Counted from the first letter of the stretch, positions 19,089 to 28,939 are shown. The stretch: DNA of 64,000 bases from a virus (IMGVR_UViG_3300017909_004140:43338-107337); one strand, 5' to 3'. Program-made: numbers and translations. The notes: a model not told the origin generated them from the letters alone.

Positions 19089-19089
19089 G

Positions 19090-20094
19090 ATGGGAACTAA
19101 AAAGGTAGACATAGCAAACATTGATCTTACAGGAGTGAGCGTAGGAGCCAACGCTACCTATGTGGCTGCTAATGCACGCTTTGAATGGGTAAGTGGAACT
19201 TATTCAGCGGGCGGAGGAAGTAGTACTCCAAACGCGCAAGGAACCTCTTTTGGTTATCAAGCAAGCGGTATATCACAGATAAACGTTGTAGCTACTACTA
19301 CAGATAAATACTCTTATACTTCAGATGCTAATGCTACAAATCCAGGAACTACCATAAGAAGTACTGCGTCTTATCAAGCAGCCGGAGCCTCTTCTTCAAC
19401 TGATGGATATATACACGGTGGACGAGTTCTACCTTCATCAGCAGGAACTACTACTATTGAAAAATTTGATTTTGCCTCAGAATCAAATGGGGGAGATGGT
19501 GGGGAATTAAGTGTTGCCAGAACCTTACATGCAGGGGTTAGTGGTCCTACACATGCCTATTCTGCAGGAGCAGTGCCTGTTGTTAACAGTATTGAAAAAT
19601 TTCCTTTTTCGTCTGATCAAGTAGGCACTGATGTTGGAGATTTAATATCCACTATGGGGTATACTGCAGCGGGGCACTCTTCAACGTCTCACGGTTACAT
19701 ATCAGGAGGGGGTTTTCCAAATCGCGATAGTATAGAGAAGTTTCCTTTTAGTTCAGATACTAACGCAACTGATGTAGGAGAGTTAGTATATTCTGCTTAT
19801 TACGTGTCAGGTACTAATAGTTCTACTCACGGATATACATTAGGAGGAGTTACTCCTACTATTATTGATCATATGCAAAAATTTCCTTTTAGTTCAGATT
19901 CTTCAGCAACGAACATAGGAGAATTAGCATCAACTTTTCCATTAGGTGGAGGATCAACTTCTTCTACTACAAATGGGTATGTTCATAAGAGGGCTACACT
20001 ATTAAAACATTCGTTTTCTTCAGATAGCCCTGCTGCTTCAATTGGAACCACTCCTCTTGATTTAAATCAGGTTAGTAGCGGAATACAGGTATAA
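19090..20094 (+). CDS. Putative virion repeat protein, paralog 3
   Basis: IEKFPFSSD..ATDVGEL repeats; ends in IQV. Confidence 0.65.
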   Translation: MGTKKVDIANIDLTGVSVGANATYVAANARFEWVSGTYSAGGGSSTPNAQGTSFGYQASGISQINVVATTTDKYSYTSDANATNPGTTIRSTASYQAAGASSSTDGYIHGGRVLPSSAGTTTIEKFDFASESNGGDGGELSVARTLHAGVSGPTHAYSAGAVPVVNSIEKFPFSSDQVGTDVGDLISTMGYTAAGHSSTSHGYISGGGFPNRDSIEKFPFSSDTNATDVGELVYSAYYVSGTNSSTHGYTLGGVTPTIIDHMQKFPFSSDSSATNIGELASTFPLGGGSTSSTTNGYVHKRATLLKHSFSSDSPAASIGTTPLDLNQVSSGIQV

Positions 20095-20096
20095 GA

Positions 20097-20267
20097 ATGA
20101 TAGCCTATAAAAGCAATAACAAAAAAACTTGTAACTCTTGTGGACACGACTGCCACTGTAAATGGGATGCTTGCGATTGCGGCTGTGATGTTTGTGACTG
20201 TGGAACAGTTTATGACGATTTACCAAGCGATGTAGAACCAAAAGCCGAAGAAAGGATGTTAGCATGA
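20097..20267 (+). CDS. 56-aa Cys-rich metallothionein-like protein (not in ORF track)
   Basis: MIAYKSNNKKTCNSCGHDCHCKWDACDCGCDVCDCGTVYDDLPSDVEPKAEERMLA; fills the gap and its stop overlaps the next ATG. Confidence 0.6.
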   Translation: MIAYKSNNKKTCNSCGHDCHCKWDACDCGCDVCDCGTVYDDLPSDVEPKAEERMLA

Positions 20268-20479
20268 CTGATAAACAACTAAGGTATATCAAAGTACGCA
20301 TTGACCAGCTAAAAGACGATCAAGCAAAAGCACATGATGCATATGATAAACAGTGGTATAATAGATGTATTCAAGAACTAGACTGGGTTTTACAAATGGA
20401 TTCTAAACCTACTCATAATTGTTATATGTCGGGGGAAATTACTTCGGATGCAGCAGGATTTAAACTAAGCAACTTTTGA
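20264..20479 (+). CDS. Hypothetical protein
   Basis: AGGA RBS, ATGA coupling. Confidence 0.6.
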   Translation: MTDKQLRYIKVRIDQLKDDQAKAHDAYDKQWYNRCIQELDWVLQMDSKPTHNCYMSGEITSDAAGFKLSNF

Positions 20480-20494
20480 TTATAAGGAGTATTT

Positions 20495-20938
20495 ATGAAC
20501 ATTGATAAATTAAGAGAGGAATTAGCTTATGACGAAGGTGTCGTACATAAAGTTTATTTGGACCATCTCGGTCTGCCTACTTTTGGTATTGGTCATCTTA
20601 TTCGCGAGTCGGACCCAGAGTATGGAGCCGAGGTTGGAACGCCCATTAGTGACGATAGAGTCGTTGAAGCCTTCGAGCAGGATATCCAAACAGTCTTGTC
20701 AGATTGCGACAAGCTATACTCAGACTTTAGCAGTTTGCCAGAAGAAGCTCAACTAATTATTGCTAATATGATGTTTAATTTAGGATATCCGAGACTGTCT
20801 AAGTTTAAAGGCATGAAACGTGGAGTTGATGCTCGTGATTGGAATGCTGCAGCTGACGAAATGGTAGACTCTCGTTGGTATCGTCAAGTTACAAAACGAG
20901 CTGATAGGCTTGTTGATAGAATGAGAGCGCTTGCCTAA
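20495..20938 (+). CDS. Lysozyme/endolysin (GH24, T4-lysozyme-like)
   Basis: DEG..YLDHLGLPTFGIGHL catalytic E-D-T triad; NMMFNLG; EMVDSRWYRQV..RA. Confidence 0.9.
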   Translation: MNIDKLREELAYDEGVVHKVYLDHLGLPTFGIGHLIRESDPEYGAEVGTPISDDRVVEAFEQDIQTVLSDCDKLYSDFSSLPEEAQLIIANMMFNLGYPRLSKFKGMKRGVDARDWNAAADEMVDSRWYRQVTKRADRLVDRMRALA

Positions 20939-21443
20939 GATGTTAAAGATATATGCGTTAGTTGTAGTCATTGCTGTGTTAGGAGGCATTGGATACAGTG
21001 CAAAATACTACTATGACACTACACAAGCTACAATTTCTACTCTTAAAGAAAATAACGCAAAGCTAGAAGTAGCTATACAAACAGCAACAGAAAGTGTTAA
21101 AACTCTTCAACAAGATATGGCACGACTAGGAGAACTAAACTCTGAGCTACAAGCCTCTCTACAAAAAGCTGAGGCATATGGAGACGAGCTTAGACAAAAA
21201 TTAAATAAAATGAATCTTGTAATAGAAGCACTTAGAGATTCTAAACAACTAGAAGGAAAAATGAATGGCGCTACAGCAAACCTATGGCGTGAGTTTATGG
21301 ACGATACTGGTAATGATAGGGAGTATCCTCTTCCTCAGTGGTTGCAGCCGATTCCAGCCGGAACCGGAGATCAAGGTAGTGACCCAGATAGAGAAGGTTC
21401 AGATACCAACAGTAGCGCGTCCGAAACCTCTCCAACTCAATGA
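20931..21443 (+). CDS. Putative inner-membrane spanin (Rz-like)
   Basis: N-terminal TM helix plus long coiled coil, directly after the endolysin. Confidence 0.65.
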   Translation: MPKMLKIYALVVVIAVLGGIGYSAKYYYDTTQATISTLKENNAKLEVAIQTATESVKTLQQDMARLGELNSELQASLQKAEAYGDELRQKLNKMNLVIEALRDSKQLEGKMNGATANLWREFMDDTGNDREYPLPQWLQPIPAGTGDQGSDPDREGSDTNSSASETSPTQ

Positions 21444-21666
21444 TACTCGTGTTTTTGTAGTAACAAAAAAGAACTTTGAGGAGTTTGAAAAAGAATTTGT
21501 AGAAGCATATGGAGAGTTTGCTTTTGTAGCTCTTAGTATGAAAGACTATGAAAATCTTGCATTAAATATTGCAGATATTCGTAGATTCTTGAATCAACAA
21601 GAAGAAATCATACTATACTATGAAAAAGCTGTGACAACTCCTGCGGAGGATACTGATGGCAATTAG
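21265..21666 (+). CDS. Putative outer-membrane lipoprotein spanin (Rz1-like)
   Basis: Lipobox LSGC, Pro-rich segment, overlaps the 3' end of the Rz-like gene in another frame; exact start uncertain. Confidence 0.65.
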   Translation: MALQQTYGVSLWTILVMIGSILFLSGCSRFQPEPEIKVVTQIEKVQIPTVARPKPLQLNDTRVFVVTKKNFEEFEKEFVEAYGEFAFVALSMKDYENLALNIADIRRFLNQQEEIILYYEKAVTTPAEDTDGN

Positions 21667-22681
21667 AAAAGTAGATATAAGAAATATTGACACAACAGGC
21701 GCAAAAGTTGGAGCTAACTTAGTATATAGTCACGGTAATACCTCTTTTGAGTGGGTAAGTGGGACTTTTACGCCAACGGTAGCTCCCTCAAATTTAGCTG
21801 GTTATGTTGCAGGCAGCTCATACGGATATGATGTGGGGGGTAATGTAACTAATGCAGGTATTAATCGATACCCTTTTTCTTCAGATACTGATGCTACAGA
21901 TGTGGGAGAAGTAATAAGTTCTAGTCATACTCAATTTGAGGGCACAGGTACTTGTTCTACTACTTATGGGTATACTGCAGGAGGACAGCAACCAACCAGT
22001 ACTCCTTCTCCTTCAAACAATATTTTACGTTTTCCCTTTACTTCTCCTGAGGGCGTTGCTTCAGATGTTGGACAGTTAACAGCAACTACTAGGTTATGTT
22101 GTGGGGGCATCTCAGATCTCGCTAATGATCGTGGATATAATGTAGGCGACATTACAGATAAAACTATGATGAATCGCTATCCAACAGTGTCTCCTGGAAA
22201 CGCAACAGATGTAGGAAATTTAGCTACTCCTAGATTTTGGGGAGCTGGTTCTTCTAGTGAGACTGATGGATATGTTATTGGTGGCGAGACTCCTGCAGAT
22301 ACAAATAAAATTGAAAAATTTCCTTTTGCTTCTGAGTCTTCTTCTAACCAACCTGCTACTATACTTGCAGTTAATAGATCACAGCACGGTCATCAAGGAG
22401 AAACTCACATATATGTGAGTGGAGGTATTAGTAACGCTGATGTAATACAGAAGTTTACCTATGCTGCTGACACTCCTGCTACAGACGTAGGAGAACTAGC
22501 AACCCCTAACTCGATGCACGGAGGAACTAGTGCCACAACAGGATATGGCTATCTAACATCAGGATACCCATTAAATAGAAGAATTGAAAAATTTTCAATG
22601 ATATCTGATGGAGGATCAACTTCTGTAGGAAATCTTACAGGATCAAACAGATATAGAACTCAAGGTAACATACAAGTATAA
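21656..22681 (+). CDS. Putative virion repeat protein, paralog 4
   Basis: N-terminus closely matches 19090 (KVDI.NID.TG..VGAN..Y...N..FEWVSGT); same repeats; ends in IQV. Confidence 0.65.
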   Translation: MAIRKVDIRNIDTTGAKVGANLVYSHGNTSFEWVSGTFTPTVAPSNLAGYVAGSSYGYDVGGNVTNAGINRYPFSSDTDATDVGEVISSSHTQFEGTGTCSTTYGYTAGGQQPTSTPSPSNNILRFPFTSPEGVASDVGQLTATTRLCCGGISDLANDRGYNVGDITDKTMMNRYPTVSPGNATDVGNLATPRFWGAGSSSETDGYVIGGETPADTNKIEKFPFASESSSNQPATILAVNRSQHGHQGETHIYVSGGISNADVIQKFTYAADTPATDVGELATPNSMHGGTSATTGYGYLTSGYPLNRRIEKFSMISDGGSTSVGNLTGSNRYRTQGNIQV

Positions 22682-22700
22682 AATAAGGATGACATAAATA

Positions 22701-22988
22701 ATGTGGTTTTTTCTAATTAAAGCTATAGCAGGATCTATCATAGGAGCTGCTACAGAATCGTGGTTTAGAGATACAAAAATAGGAGTTTGGTTTTATGCTA
22801 AAGTGGATTCGCTCTATACTTGGGCATCAAAAAGATACGGAGTTAAAATACTCACAGACGAGCAGAAAAGACTTAAAAAATTCCCCGAACTGTCAAGAAG
22901 ACTCGAGAGTCTCGAATCTCGTGTTAAAGTACTCGAAAGACAAAAACCTGACGGATACTCAGGTAATGGATATCAGGACTCGTTTTAA
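22701..22988 (+). CDS. Hypothetical membrane-anchored protein
   Basis: Hydrophobic N-terminus, coiled-coil C-terminus. Confidence 0.55.
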   Translation: MWFFLIKAIAGSIIGAATESWFRDTKIGVWFYAKVDSLYTWASKRYGVKILTDEQKRLKKFPELSRRLESLESRVKVLERQKPDGYSGNGYQDSF

Positions 22989-23037
22989 CACTTGGGAAAA
23001 AGATGGCAGAGAAATAGACTTTTGAAAGGATTGAAAA

Positions 23038-23382
23038 ATGGCTGATGAAAAGATTGTCAAAACAGTTGACCCTGAAGTAGCTGCAAAAGACATGAACGGA
23101 GATGGACACATCTCTCGAGAAGAAGTTGAGATGAACCTAGAATTTAGACGCAAAGAGCTAGAAGACGCCGATGCTCGTAGAGATGCTATGAGAAAAATGA
23201 CTTGGTTTGCATTACTAGGAATGTTACTCTATCCAGCAGGAATTTTTGTAACATCTTTCTTAGGACAAGAAAAAGCAGCAGTAATTATTGGTGATATTGC
23301 TCCTACATATTTTGTTGCTATTTCAGCACTAGTTGCAGCATATTTTGGTGCAAACGCCTATGCAGATAAAAAGAGTAAGTAA
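23038..23382 (+). CDS. Two-TM holin-like protein with an N-terminal EF-hand loop
   Basis: DMNGDGHISREE loop; two TM helices; basic C-terminus. Confidence 0.55.
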   Translation: MADEKIVKTVDPEVAAKDMNGDGHISREEVEMNLEFRRKELEDADARRDAMRKMTWFALLGMLLYPAGIFVTSFLGQEKAAVIIGDIAPTYFVAISALVAAYFGANAYADKKSK

Positions 23383-24129
23383 ATGGATAAAAGAACATTA
23401 GAAAGAGCAGAATTTTGCTCTATGCTTTCTACTATGGTGTATACTAATGCTCAAAAAATCAGAAGCAGATTTTTAGGTACAGTAGAAGATATAAATAATT
23501 TTGTTTTTATCTCTGAGGGAGGCACAGAAGTTGTGCTTTTTACTCAAAGAGGAGTCAAATATATCGTATTTAGAGGCACCGAACCTAATAAGTTTGAAGA
23601 TATTAAGGCAGATCTAAAAGCGTACAGAAGACGTTCAGATACTAAAGGACGTGTTCATGCTGGATTTAAAGATGCACTAGATTTAGTTTGGCAAAAAATT
23701 GAAGCATGGCATAAAAAGTTTCCACTTCAAGGACACACTATTATCTGTGGTCATTCTTTAGGAGGAGCCTTAGCTACTCTTGCAGGATCAAGAATCAAAC
23801 ATAGTGAGGTGTATACTTTTGGATCGCCTAGAGTGGGAAATAGAAAATGGTGTAAACACCAAAACTTCCAACACTATAGGTTTGTAAACAATAACGATAT
23901 TGTTACTAAAGTACCTTTTTTCTTGCTAGGATACAAACATTATGGTAATCTACAGTATATTAATTATTATGGAAATGTAAGAAAAGCAACTTACTGGCAA
24001 AGAACTAAAGACCAGTGGAGAGGAAGATATAAAGCCTTTCAAAAAAGACAGTGGTTTGATGGTATATATGACCATAATATTTCAGATTATCATAAGAAAA
24101 TAAGTAATGTATTACGTAGCAGTAGTTAA
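23383..24129 (+). CDS. Lipase class 3
   Basis: VFRGT, VHAGF, GHSLGG nucleophile elbow, TFGSPRVGN, NDIVTKVP. Confidence 0.9.
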   Translation: MDKRTLERAEFCSMLSTMVYTNAQKIRSRFLGTVEDINNFVFISEGGTEVVLFTQRGVKYIVFRGTEPNKFEDIKADLKAYRRRSDTKGRVHAGFKDALDLVWQKIEAWHKKFPLQGHTIICGHSLGGALATLAGSRIKHSEVYTFGSPRVGNRKWCKHQNFQHYRFVNNNDIVTKVPFFLLGYKHYGNLQYINYYGNVRKATYWQRTKDQWRGRYKAFQKRQWFDGIYDHNISDYHKKISNVLRSSS

Positions 24130-24301
24130 ATGCCCTCATTGTGAAACAAAACAAAATACATTTGTAGGACAAGGTTCTTTTTTTCCTACAGATGTACTAC
24201 ACTGTATAAACTGTAATCATATGTTCGATCAAAGTGCCGAGCTTTATGAAATTCCTTATCTTTCTGTATTCAATAAAAGTAATAATCACCTTGCTACTTA
24301 G
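24107..24301 (+). CDS. Zinc-ribbon protein
   Basis: CPHC...CINC. Confidence 0.55.
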   Translation: MYYVAVVKCPHCETKQNTFVGQGSFFPTDVLHCINCNHMFDQSAELYEIPYLSVFNKSNNHLAT

Positions 24302-24343
24302 TGCTCTTTTTGTTATACTTAGTTATAAATCAAAGAGGAGACA

Positions 24344-24622
24344 GTGATGGCAAAAGGTAAAAAATCTTCCGGTAAAAAATATCAATCAAAAGGTGAGCGT
24401 CAGTCTGTATCCCAAAAAACTATTTTGGGTATGAGACGCGATCGCTCATCTTATTGGAAAGACTCTAATATTGTTAAAAGCTGGAGAAAAGGTGAAAATC
24501 CTTGGATTACGGTTATGAATCCTAATAAAGAAGAGACGAATAAGCGTATGATTCGAGTTCGTACTAATGATTTTTGGGGATTTCCTAAATCTGCTCAAAT
24601 TAAAATGAGAACCTTTTCATGA
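24344..24622 (+). CDS. Basic hypothetical phage protein
   Basis: GAGGAG RBS; TTGCTA-N17-TATACT promoter at 24291. Confidence 0.65.
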   Translation: MMAKGKKSSGKKYQSKGERQSVSQKTILGMRRDRSSYWKDSNIVKSWRKGENPWITVMNPNKEETNKRMIRVRTNDFWGFPKSAQIKMRTFS

Positions 24623-24945
24623 GCATTGACTATAAATATAATGAGCCTGAGATTTTAGCAGAGATATCTGACTATATAGATAGCACTTATGATCAACACT
24701 ACTCTCTAAATAAATTTCAGGCTACTGAATTTATTATAGACTCAGGGCAAGGAGAAGGTTTTTGTCTTGGTAATATACTAAAATATGCACAACGCTATGG
24801 AAAAAAGAGTGGTAAAAATAGAAAAGATCTGTTGAAGATCATTCATTATGGTGTTATGGCGCTACACAATCATGATCTAGTAGAAGAAGGAAAAAATAAT
24901 GCAAGTAAGGCTGATAAGCTATACCCAGGCAGCAGAGTCCTCTGA
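24619..24945 (+). CDS. DUF3310-like phage protein
   Basis: HY...GFCLGNILKYAQRYGKK...DLLKIIHY. Confidence 0.75.
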   Translation: MSIDYKYNEPEILAEISDYIDSTYDQHYSLNKFQATEFIIDSGQGEGFCLGNILKYAQRYGKKSGKNRKDLLKIIHYGVMALHNHDLVEEGKNNASKADKLYPGSRVL

Positions 24946-25558
24946 TTTAGAAGACGGAAATGCACAAGATCTCATTGCATACTGTGCTAGAGTATCAAAC
25001 CCCTCTAACCAGATGAATAGTGAAACAAGTGCTAAACTGATTAAATACCTAATAAATAATCAGCACTGGTCTCCGCTAGAGATGGTAAATGTTTGTTTAG
25101 AGATTGAGACTACACGAGATATTGCGCATCAGATTGTACGCCATCGCTCATTTTCTTTTCAAGAGTTTTCTCAAAGGTACGCTGATCCAAAAGAGTTTGG
25201 TGATCAGTTTGTAAGACGAGAAGCACGACTTCAAGATAGAAAGAACCGACAAAACTCTATTGAAACTGATGATGAAGAGCTACAAAAACAGTGGTTGATT
25301 CAACAAGATCAGGTGATTTTAGCAGCAGACAAAGCTTATAACTGGGCTATTGAGAATGGAATTGCTAAAGAACAGGCTCGTGTAGTTCTTCCAGAAGGCC
25401 TTACTAAAACTCGTTTATATATGAATGGTACTATTAGAAGCTGGGTACACTATATTCAACTACGCGGAGCAAATGGTACACAAAAAGAACATATGGATAT
25501 CGCTCATGAGTGCGCCAAAGTCATAGCTAATGTTTTTCCAATGGCTGAGTATCTATAA
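24899..25558 (+). CDS. thyX: Flavin-dependent thymidylate synthase
   Basis: ARVS, HWSPLE, QIVRHRSFSFQEFSQRY ThyX motif, EQARVVLP. Confidence 0.95.
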   Translation: MQVRLISYTQAAESSDLEDGNAQDLIAYCARVSNPSNQMNSETSAKLIKYLINNQHWSPLEMVNVCLEIETTRDIAHQIVRHRSFSFQEFSQRYADPKEFGDQFVRREARLQDRKNRQNSIETDDEELQKQWLIQQDQVILAADKAYNWAIENGIAKEQARVVLPEGLTKTRLYMNGTIRSWVHYIQLRGANGTQKEHMDIAHECAKVIANVFPMAEYL

Positions 25559-26197
25559 ACAAGAAAGGTCTCTCATCTCAAAGTGAAATGGAAATAGATA
25601 GCGTTTTACTTTTAAAACACTTTTATCTTCTTCTGTATAAGTAATCCCGTAGCATTTAGTTGCGGGATTTTCTATAGGTTCTTCAATTTCTGGAACCCAA
25701 TCTCCCCAGTACGATTGTACGATAAAATCATGAGAGTTAAAAAAGTAAACATCTCTATAGTTCTTATCTAGTCCATGACTTCTTCCAATGCCAAACTGAT
25801 TACCTATAGCTGATTTATAGGGAAGTTGAGGCAATTCATACTTATACATGTCTGCATCATAAGTTTTTAGCACTCTTTTTTTACTGCTTAGATAGTATTT
25901 TATTGCATAAAAGTCTAGTGAGTTAAAGTTCTCTACTTCAAACTCTTCTCTTAAATAGTGTGGACATTTTTCATCAAAAACAACAACTATTGCGTCTTCT
26001 TCATAAGTAGTGTTATTTTTTGAGTGATAACTAATCATATCATAAGAAAAACATAAATCTTTATTAACCTCTTCACTGAAGTAAGTAAATAGTTTATTTT
26101 TTAATTCTAACACATCAGAATCATTTGAATTACCTTTGTAAACATATTCTACAATATTATCAGAGTCATATTGAATTTCTACAAATTTATCAGTCAT
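25553..26197 (-). CDS. Hypothetical protein, last gene of the radical SAM operon
   Basis: Coupled ORF; overlaps the thyX stop tail-to-tail. Confidence 0.6.
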   Translation of the reverse strand: MTDKFVEIQYDSDNIVEYVYKGNSNDSDVLELKNKLFTYFSEEVNKDLCFSYDMISYHSKNNTTYEEDAIVVVFDEKCPHYLREEFEVENFNSLDFYAIKYYLSSKKRVLKTYDADMYKYELPQLPYKSAIGNQFGIGRSHGLDKNYRDVYFFNSHDFIVQSYWGDWVPEIEEPIENPATKCYGITYTEEDKSVLKVKRYLFPFHFEMRDLSCL

Positions 26198-26873
26198 ATC
26201 CTTGTTCTACCTTTTCTTTTATAAACTTTGCTAGCCTGTTAATCCAGAAATAACGAGTCCAATGAACTATTATGCTTACAGGATTTTTACCATTTAATAC
26301 GGCTCCTCCTATGAGAAGTCTACAATAGTACCATCTTTTGTATTTTCGACCAAAACAGTGGTTCCAGTTTTCAGTTTCTTTTTCGATAACCTCTTTAGGT
26401 ATCTCTTCTCCTGCTTTTGTAAAGTATAGCTTGTCTTCAATCTTAAACCAATTTTGGGTTTCATCCATAGTTGGGTCGTCCATTACTTCGTGATAATCAT
26501 TAAAAGGATCATATAAATTTATATTAGTTTGAGATTCTTGATAAAAAACTCTATACTGCGGTAATTTTGCTTTGACTACTTGTTTAGCAAAAGCATCTCT
26601 CGATTTTTTAGACCCAAAACAAATAACAACAAAAGATTCTTCCATCCAATCATGCCCTTCGCAAGAAGAACAGGTTAAATATCCTTTTTTGTTAAGTATC
26701 TCCACTAGAGGCCAAATACCAGGATCTACTTGAGATTTAAACTCTTTCATGTATGGAGAGACAGATACGCCAACCCAATTATTACCTGTAACTGTGGCAT
26801 TGACTCGTCCGTTATCGTGTAGCCAGTTTTTCTTTGTAAAATGCTCTTTTCTATAAAAATCTTTTTTATTCAT
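26190..26873 (-). CDS. Hypothetical protein with an LTCSSCEGH motif
   Basis: VDPGIWPLVEILNKKGYLTCSSCEGH, weakly reminiscent of the Tyw3 N-terminus. Confidence 0.5.
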   Translation of the reverse strand: MNKKDFYRKEHFTKKNWLHDNGRVNATVTGNNWVGVSVSPYMKEFKSQVDPGIWPLVEILNKKGYLTCSSCEGHDWMEESFVVICFGSKKSRDAFAKQVVKAKLPQYRVFYQESQTNINLYDPFNDYHEVMDDPTMDETQNWFKIEDKLYFTKAGEEIPKEVIEKETENWNHCFGRKYKRWYYCRLLIGGAVLNGKNPVSIIVHWTRYFWINRLAKFIKEKVEQGYD

Positions 26874-27382
26874 CTAGGCGTAATTCCTGTAATACACAAG
26901 TTAAAAGTATCAGTTAGTAAAGGAGTTGTTCCATGTACCCACTCTTTATTTATCTGATCACATATGATTACTAGCCCTGTATAAGGAGTTATTTTTTTAA
27001 TATTATTTTTTGTTCCGTATAAAAAGTCTCTACCTTTCATGTCTTTTTCAATATAGTAAATCATAATTTGAACTAATCCACCAAAAGCATTGTCTGTGTG
27101 TAGGTCTACATACTCATTTTTATCTGTTTTATACGCTTCAAAAGTTTCTAATTTATCTAGAAGCTTTTGTAGATACAAATCTACTTTTGTATATAGTTGT
27201 TTGATGAAGAATTGATTAAGATAAGGAGGCATGCCTAGTGTAGACCAACTTACTTCTTTTCCTAGTTGCTTATCTTCATTTGGATAAAAAGTTAATGATT
27301 TTAGTTCTGTTTTTATATTTTTAGGTATTGTAATGCTATCAAAAGCAAAACCATTTTCTATAACTTCTTTGTATGTAATCAT
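26870..27382 (-). CDS. 2OG-Fe(II) oxygenase
   Basis: HTD...WVHG facial triad on a DSBH-like pattern. Confidence 0.65.
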   Translation of the reverse strand: MITYKEVIENGFAFDSITIPKNIKTELKSLTFYPNEDKQLGKEVSWSTLGMPPYLNQFFIKQLYTKVDLYLQKLLDKLETFEAYKTDKNEYVDLHTDNAFGGLVQIMIYYIEKDMKGRDFLYGTKNNIKKITPYTGLVIICDQINKEWVHGTTPLLTDTFNLCITGITPR

Positions 27383-28035
27383 TTTACTAGTATAACTCCT
27401 ACAAAGTTGTATGCTTTCCAGAATACTTCATACTTTTTAAAACCTATTTCTTCTATTTCTTGTAAGATATCTTCCCAAGATCTTATATTCATAGAGGCTC
27501 TTAACTCTTTTTCTTTGAGCATAATATCATCATATCTAAAGAATTTAGCTTTATAATCATAGTTTGCAAAAGTAAACACTTCTTGTAACATTGAGTCGCT
27601 AGAATACGTTTTTTCACAGAGTATTAAGGCTCCGTTAGGTATTAAAGAATCATATATATTTTTTAATACTGTTACTCTATCAGCAGTAGGTAAAAATTGA
27701 AGAGTAAACATAGAGACAGCCAAAGAAACATCAGTGCCAAACTCTAGCTTTCTCACATCTTCAATTTTAAACTCTATATCATTATCTTCCCAGTGAGAAC
27801 AAAAAGCTGTTTCATTATCTATTCCAATATATGAAACATTTTTAGCATGTGATGCTTTTTTTATTTTTCTTAAATTTTTACCAGTAGAACATCCTAAGTC
27901 ATACACTATAGTGTTATCTTGTATAAAAAAACCTGCAATAGTAGTTATCATAGTGCTTAGAGTTTTATATGAAATAATACTTTTTGATATATGATTATCA
28001 AACCCAAACGAGTGTTTTGCAAAGCTAAAACGCAT
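27379..28035 (-). CDS. CmoA-like class I SAM methyltransferase / carboxy-SAM synthase
   Basis: FDNHISKSI..Y, VYDLGCSTG, GIDN, FTLQFL, LILCEK. Confidence 0.75.
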   Translation of the reverse strand: MRFSFAKHSFGFDNHISKSIISYKTLSTMITTIAGFFIQDNTIVYDLGCSTGKNLRKIKKASHAKNVSYIGIDNETAFCSHWEDNDIEFKIEDVRKLEFGTDVSLAVSMFTLQFLPTADRVTVLKNIYDSLIPNGALILCEKTYSSDSMLQEVFTFANYDYKAKFFRYDDIMLKEKELRASMNIRSWEDILQEIEEIGFKKYEVFWKAYNFVGVILVK

Positions 28036-28939
28036 TTTTATACCTGCTTAGTAAATTTATGTACCCATTACAGCTGTTTTTTAAGTCTTTTACAAAACGA
28101 TAGTGTTCTGTTAGGCAGTGTCCTTTCCAAGAGCAATTTTGACAAACAGTAGAGAGAGACTTTTTTTCTTGCCACGCCCATTGTTCATATGTGTTGTAGT
28201 TAGTAAACTCTAAGAAATACTCTTTATCGTTTTTGTCAAAGTCTAGTACTGCATATTTACCATTAGGAGTTATATAGATGTGATCATCTGAAAAAGCATT
28301 ATACTCTTTTGTTAACGATCTTTTAATTCTTGCTTTATTTTCAAAATGAAATTTCTTCTTTATTTTAGATTCCATCCATTTCACAACAAAGTTTTCAAAA
28401 TCTCTATGACTTACTGCGTCTGCATTAGCTTGGTTTATACTATAGGGTTTTATTTCAACAGACTTAACAGCTTTACACATATTTAATTTAGATATCATCA
28501 TATCAACATCTAAATTTAGAACTCTTTTAGAAGCCAGAATTAGAACCGCTATAGGTTTAGAACTCATTAACATATTATTAAAAACTATGTCTGATTTTTC
28601 TCTTGCTGAAAAATCATATGAGACGGAAAGAGTGACATCATCCTCGAAGAATCTGTCGTCAAGCATAGAAAAATTAGTATTAATATTGATGTAATCATGA
28701 TAATGTTTGCGTATAACGGATTTAATTTCTTTGTAGTATTCTTTTTTAAGTGCGCCAATCTCTCCTCCGTATAAGTCTACGTGATCTATTTTTGGAATAT
28801 TTGATAATAGTAGGTCTAGTTTTTCTGGGCTAATTCTTTTTTGATTTCCTAACTGTTCTGGAGTTAAATAACAAAAGTCACATCTGAAATTACAAAAATA
28901 ACTAGGATTTATTGAGACTGAAAATATTTTATCCACCAT
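28025..28939 (-). CDS. Radical SAM enzyme with C-terminal Cys cluster (rSAM 4)
   Basis: CNFRCDFCY, YGGE, C-terminal CQNC..GHC..EH...C. Confidence 0.88.
   Translation of the reverse strand: MVDKIFSVSINPSYFCNFRCDFCYLTPEQLGNQKRISPEKLDLLLSNIPKIDHVDLYGGEIGALKKEYYKEIKSVIRKHYHDYININTNFSMLDDRFFEDDVTLSVSYDFSAREKSDIVFNNMLMSSKPIAVLILASKRVLNLDVDMMISKLNMCKAVKSVEIKPYSINQANADAVSHRDFENFVVKWMESKIKKKFHFENKARIKRSLTKEYNAFSDDHIYITPNGKYAVLDFDKNDKEYFLEFTNYNTYEQWAWQEKKSLSTVCQNCSWKGHCLTEHYRFVKDLKNSCNGYINLLSRYKNAF

Noticed and set aside
16496-22681. Diversity-generating retroelement or DNA tandem repeats behind the repeat proteins
   Set aside because: The repeats are conserved at protein level with synonymous divergence; no reverse transcriptase or TR/VR pair with adenine-specific differences was seen
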